In this document: positions 59,600-64,000 of the stretch, in pieces
Layout: the number at the start of each line of letters is the position of its first letter
How positions within the stretch are numbered: the stretch's first letter is position 1
Program-made: the position numbers and the translations under genes
Notes under the pieces: model-generated
The model's input: only the letters and a program-made list of their open reading frames with translations
The model's database searches: none
What the model was told of the DNA's origin: nothing
Assembly (NCBI GenBank): GCA_013265495.1
Contig: MU057801.1
Coordinates: forward strand, 1,481,879 to 1,545,878
Origin: Vicugna vicugna
Taxonomy: Eukaryota
Direction: 5' to 3'
Length of the DNA stretch: 64,000 nt

Positions 59600-59901
59600 G
59601 GGGTGTGTCCAGTCCAATCTGAAGGCCGGAGGACCGCGGCGGGGGGCCAATGGTGTCAGTGCTAGTCTGAGTGCAGGAGACCCATGTCCCCGCTCAGGCA
59701 ACCAGGCGGAGAGACAGCGGGCTCTTCCTTCCTCAGCGTGGGGCTATGCTCAGGCCCTCAGCAGGCTGGCTGCTGCCCGGTCAGGCTGTGGAGGGCGCAC
59801 TGCTTTGCTCCGTCTACTCATCTGAAAACACCCTCCCAGGCACCTCCAGAAATAACGGTCCCATGATGCAGTCAAGTGGACACGTAGAATTAACCGTCAC
59901 C
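59600..59901 (-). mobile_element. ERVL LTR (MLT2B-like) nested in L2
   Basis: CCAGTCCAATCTGAAGGCC...AACACCCTCCCAGGCACCTCCAGAAATAA...CAGTCAAGTGGACACGTAGAATTAACCGTCAC. Confidence 0.8.
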
Positions 59902-60814
59902 GTAAGGGTGTGAGACCACTTTGGACAGAAACGGGAAGCCCCTGGGGACTCTGAAGGTGAGAGGCGGAGTGGACTGCTGGACGTTCACAAGTGACCCCTC
60001 TGGCGATTCTGGAAGAGTCAGGGGGAGAACCGGGAGATGAGTGATGCTCCTGTCACTGGAAAAGGCAGACTCAAGGTAGAGCAGCTTCCTGACACTACTG
60101 CTCCTGGGTCGGCAGTGGACAAGGTGAAATCGTCATTATTATAAGTCTCATTATTGGTGGCAAATCACTGCAGCAAATCTGCTCCAAACATTTTGCTTAA
60201 GAATCCTCAGCACGGATTGGGTTTTATCCAAATGGTGTCATTCATAACGTTTGTGTCATCTTCTTGTCCCTTTCGGCAGGTCTTTTCTACAAATGTCGTC
60301 CAGATTTCTGTAAGAGGACGGCTCTGCTGGTACCTGAGACGTACCCAAATCAGCATTAATTTACATGCAGGTTAAATTTATGACACAGTTTAAACATTTC
60401 TATCCACTTAAAAGGATGAGCAGAACAAAAAGTGCCTTTTCATGTCTATTTCTGCAAGTCTAGCTTGAAGTGGGAATTCTGTCTGGTGTTTCACCCAGGG
60501 AAATGTTTCAGTTTCGGTCTTTCACTCCAAGAGCAAATGTGTGCAGTTAGTGTGAGCTTACACAACCGCCTCCTCAGCAAATGCTTCAATCTGAAATTTG
60601 CATCGTGGACAAGAATGACATACCAATTAACATGTGTTATTGATATATTTATAACATTTTAGCAAATAAAATAATAATACGAGTCCTGTAATATTGCATT
60701 CAGATCTTGACTTTGATGGTAAACCAATAATGAAAGATATGTGTCTGAGAGAATCACTATTAAGAATTATTAAGTGCTAAGTCTTATTAAGCAATTATTA
60801 AGTACAGTTTTTTT

Positions 60815-60975
60815 GAAGCAGACCTCTCCAGAAAAAGAGTACACACTGTTTGATTTCATTTGTTTGAGATTCAAGGAGAGGCAAAATCAATCCATGTTGA
60901 CCGTACATAAAGCTTCGCGGAACCGTGTGCTTCAGCCGTGCACACGTTACCGCACGTACATCTCTGTGAAACAAG
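60815..60975 (+). mobile_element. L1M 3' fragment
   Basis: AAAAGAGTACACACTGTTTGATTTCATTTGTTTGAGATTCAAGGAGAGGCAAAATCAATC. Confidence 0.6.
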
Positions 60976-61687
60976 AACAGATGTCAACACACTTGCCCAG
61001 GCCTCCTTGCGATCTCCTCACGTCTTCTAGAGACCCACTCACTTCCCTGGCTCAGTTGGCCCTCAGTAGATTTTCAGCAACCTTTTTGATTTTCCTGAAG
61101 ACTGAGTTCCTTGGGAGCGCTACAGAGGGTTCTTGCATAAAGCTTTTCATCATGTCATCTTTTCAGAAAAAATACTCCAGTGGAAAGAGCGTGAAGTCTG
61201 TTCTGTTGCTATTTGTCTGCGCGGCTTTGTTTATTTGTTCCGCATTAGTCAAATGTCTTTTCCTTATTTCCAGTTAGACGAGCAGCAGATACGAAGCATG
61301 CTTAGTTCTGCCCTCCATTCCTGTAAAGAAGCCAAAATTTGCATTTTAATGATTATTTATGTTTCTTTTGGGTTCTTGCAAGGATTATCTGGTTTTACCA
61401 CAAAAGCCGTATGTGTATTTCAATAAAACATTGCTAAATTCGGTAATGCTAAACAGGTTGGGTAATACTTGCAGACATAATAAATTCATGATTCTGTCTC
61501 CCATTTATTCTCCACCTTTCAAACTTTTTTGCTTTCAGAAAAAGTCTGCTTTCCGAGGCCTCAACCAGCTGAAGAGGGTGGGGTTGGCTGGAAAAACAGT
61601 TTTCTCTCTGACTAATTTGAGTCCCTGGCTGGGGAGAAGGAGGAGGTCTGTGAGTCTCTAAGGAGGTGGCTCCGGCCTCTCCTTGGG

Positions 61688-61706
61688 AGACCTGCAGGGG
61701 GCGATG
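61688..61706 (+). promoter_or_regulatory. candidate CTCF binding site
   Basis: CCTGCAGGGGGCGA at 61691-61704, close match to the CTCF core. Confidence 0.4.
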
Positions 61707-62892
61707 AGGGGGCTGTCGGCTGCGGCGGGGCCCCAGGTGCCGATCCCGTTGTTCTGAGACTGGGGCAGGGGCTTGCAACTTCAGGAATCGCGAGCTCAGG
61801 GATGGCTGCGTGTCAGCCACGCTCTGTTGTGGGAAGATGACCAAAGGCAGGACATCCCCCCGCCACCGGCTTCCATTCTCTTCCCAAAGCCTTGGTATTG
61901 ACCTGGGCCTGGGGGTGATGGGGGAGCCCTAAGAAAGCCTGGGATCAAATGTATTGCCAGTCAGGTAGGGCGGGGGATTCAGGGTCAGAAATTAGAAAGA
62001 AATCAAGGAAGGGTGTTTCAAGCACGTCTGAGTTTATGCACGGAGATTCACACCTGCCAAGCGAGGACAATACTCTCCCCACCGAAGTCCCCATCAGTGT
62101 GACTCGAGGTGGCTTCTCCAGCAGCCATGTGCTCCTGCTCCCTCAGGGAGAGAGCCGATGTCTGAAAGTCTGGCTTCTGAGAACGGCACCCCAAAAACTC
62201 TCAGCTCGGATGCTTAGGGGCCACACAGAGGGCTTCCAAGTCAGGTGTGAGTGTGCGTGGCTGGTGGTGCGGATCCGCAGGGACGGACAGTTAAGGGCAG
62301 TCAACGGGGAGGCGCGCTGGGGCAGGGTCCGGGCGTGGACCGGCCAGCCGGCGTCACGGTGGACCAGGCACTCGAAACCCAGGACTCTGCAGCTGCAGGA
62401 ACACAGACCAGAGGTCAGCAAGCCATGCAGAATCAGGACATGCCTGCAGTTAGGGCTTACACACTTTGACAAGTAGCTGTCAAAAATGTCGAAGTGGAGA
62501 AGATACAGAGAAAAGACTTAAAGACCAGGAAACCAGAAAAAGTTGATGTAGATGGTTCGCTTCTACTTGGGAACCGGGCCTGAGGCCGGGGCCAGGGCTG
62601 GGGGAGGGGAGCTGCAGGCTGCAGCGCATTCTGGGAGGAGGCTGGGAGCCGGGCCTGCTTCCCGACCGAACCCCAGCAGGAGAGCCGGGGTTATGGGGCG
62701 GCTGTTACGAGGGACGGAGGGGCCTGCATTTCAGCCTCAAGCTCAGAGGGGGAGCGTTAGGGGCGCAAAGCGGTGTCTTTGAGCTATTGCCCTGAGTCCC
62801 GGCAAAAGGAACGAATGCAAGGAAGCTGCTGGCAAAGGAGTGGAGGGTGACAGCCACCTGACTGGGGTGTCAGCTTGGAACCTGTGTGTGTT

Positions 62893-62927
62893 CACGTGTG
62901 TGTGTGTGTGTGCGTGCGCGTGCACGT
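62893..62927. repeat. (TG)n/(CG)n alternating purine-pyrimidine tract
   Basis: CACGTGTGTGTGTGTGTGTGCGTGCGCGTGCACGT. Confidence 0.85.
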
Positions 62928-64000
62928 ATGGTGATGACCATAACTGGGAAGCCAGCTTGGAAAGACTTGGCTTTATCCACGTCCAGGGAGTTTGGGAACG
63001 AGTCTTCTGTCTTGGCCAGGAGGCAAAAGAAAAATGCAACTAGGAAAGGTTACTTTCAAGGGCCGGATTTAAAGAGTTGCTGTTTTGGAGAAAACCGAGA
63101 GAGAATTCTGAAAGCTTGGAAGAGCCAAGATGGTCTGAAGGGCGGTCTCTGACTTGTCTCTTTGTTTCTTAGTACTTCCTCTCATACAATTAAATTGTTT
63201 TTTGCCCTAAAAAGGTCACCAGGTGTTTGTTGGGACATTGGTTTTGTAAGAAATGCATCAAAGGACACTGAAAAAAAAAACCCTCTAAATTTGTGGTCTT
63301 TGAAAGTGGAATTCTTCAGAAGTTTCACCTGCTTCCAAAATGCTAAGATTCATACATTTTCACAACCTGCAAAATACGACACTATCGATAAGATGTTGTT
63401 TGTGCTGGGAAATCTCAACGGGAAAGACACGCACAGTGTCACAGAAGCTGGCCAAGATGTGCTCGAACAGATGAAAGCGGGAACAGAAGCACGTCGAAGG
63501 ATGGTTTGAATAACAACATATTGATAACAGATAATACAAACTTTTCTGATTAGGCTTCAGAAGAATCTGAATAGAAATGCATTGTTTGGAATGCGTACGC
63601 TTTGGTCTCAATAAAAATATCCGGTTGCAGAAATATTTCATGTGGTTTGAACTCGCCGGCCAAAAATTAAAAATTCATTGGTATACGCTAATAGATGTAA
63701 TTTTATATCTTGGAGGTGAGTGTAACGGCATAGGTTCTCTGTAATGGGACTGATTGGAAAATGATCTCTTGGAGAAAATTTATTGCTGGTCGTAAGATTT
63801 CTTTGGTTTAGGAAAATGCTGGGTTTAGTAAAATCTGTAGAACCAAATGAAAGTCAGCTTTAATAAAAATGTGGATCTGAGAATTGTGGTTTTGGGGAAG
63901 GGGGCATTTGATCCATTAAAATTGTATTGGTTCATTCTCCACGTTGCCTTTTCCTGAAACCCATCAGTTTGAAGCAGGAAGGAAGCCTCTGCCAGGCATC

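Noticed and set aside
63162..63509. 115 aa ORF with a protein-like C-terminal half
   Set aside because: No recognisable homology or supporting exon structure; a BLASTX/RNA-seq check would settle it
1..64000. Novel multi-gene or prokaryote-type system
   Set aside because: No gene-dense segment, operon, intact transposase/RT, or viral gag/pol/env ORF seen; content is explained by mammalian repeats and non-coding DNA

Overview
Mammalian, non-coding-looking genomic DNA (intergenic or deep-intronic). It is most likely camelid (camel/alpaca/vicuna), based on two tRNA-derived SINEs that resemble Vic-1. I can support no protein-coding exon, tRNA, rRNA or CRISPR array. The only protein-like ORFs are decayed LINE-1 ORF2 C-termini; the long ORFs come from a microsatellite or from GC-rich patches poor in stop codons. 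The window is a mosaic of L1, L2, MIR, MaLR/ERVL LTR and hAT MER remnants, simple repeats, several AT-rich repeat-free blocks with homeodomain/PBX-HOX/octamer motifs (candidate enhancers), and four orphan CpG-rich patches. The most striking signal is patchy, strongly directional A/T to G/C rewriting of some transposon copies, including young lineage-specific ones, while sister copies nearby stay AT-rich. This fits localized GC-biased gene conversion, which may be generating CpG islands from old repeats. I found no convincing novel multi-gene system. Repeat subfamily names come from my recall of consensus sequences and need RepeatMasker/Dfam confirmation. Boundaries are approximate.
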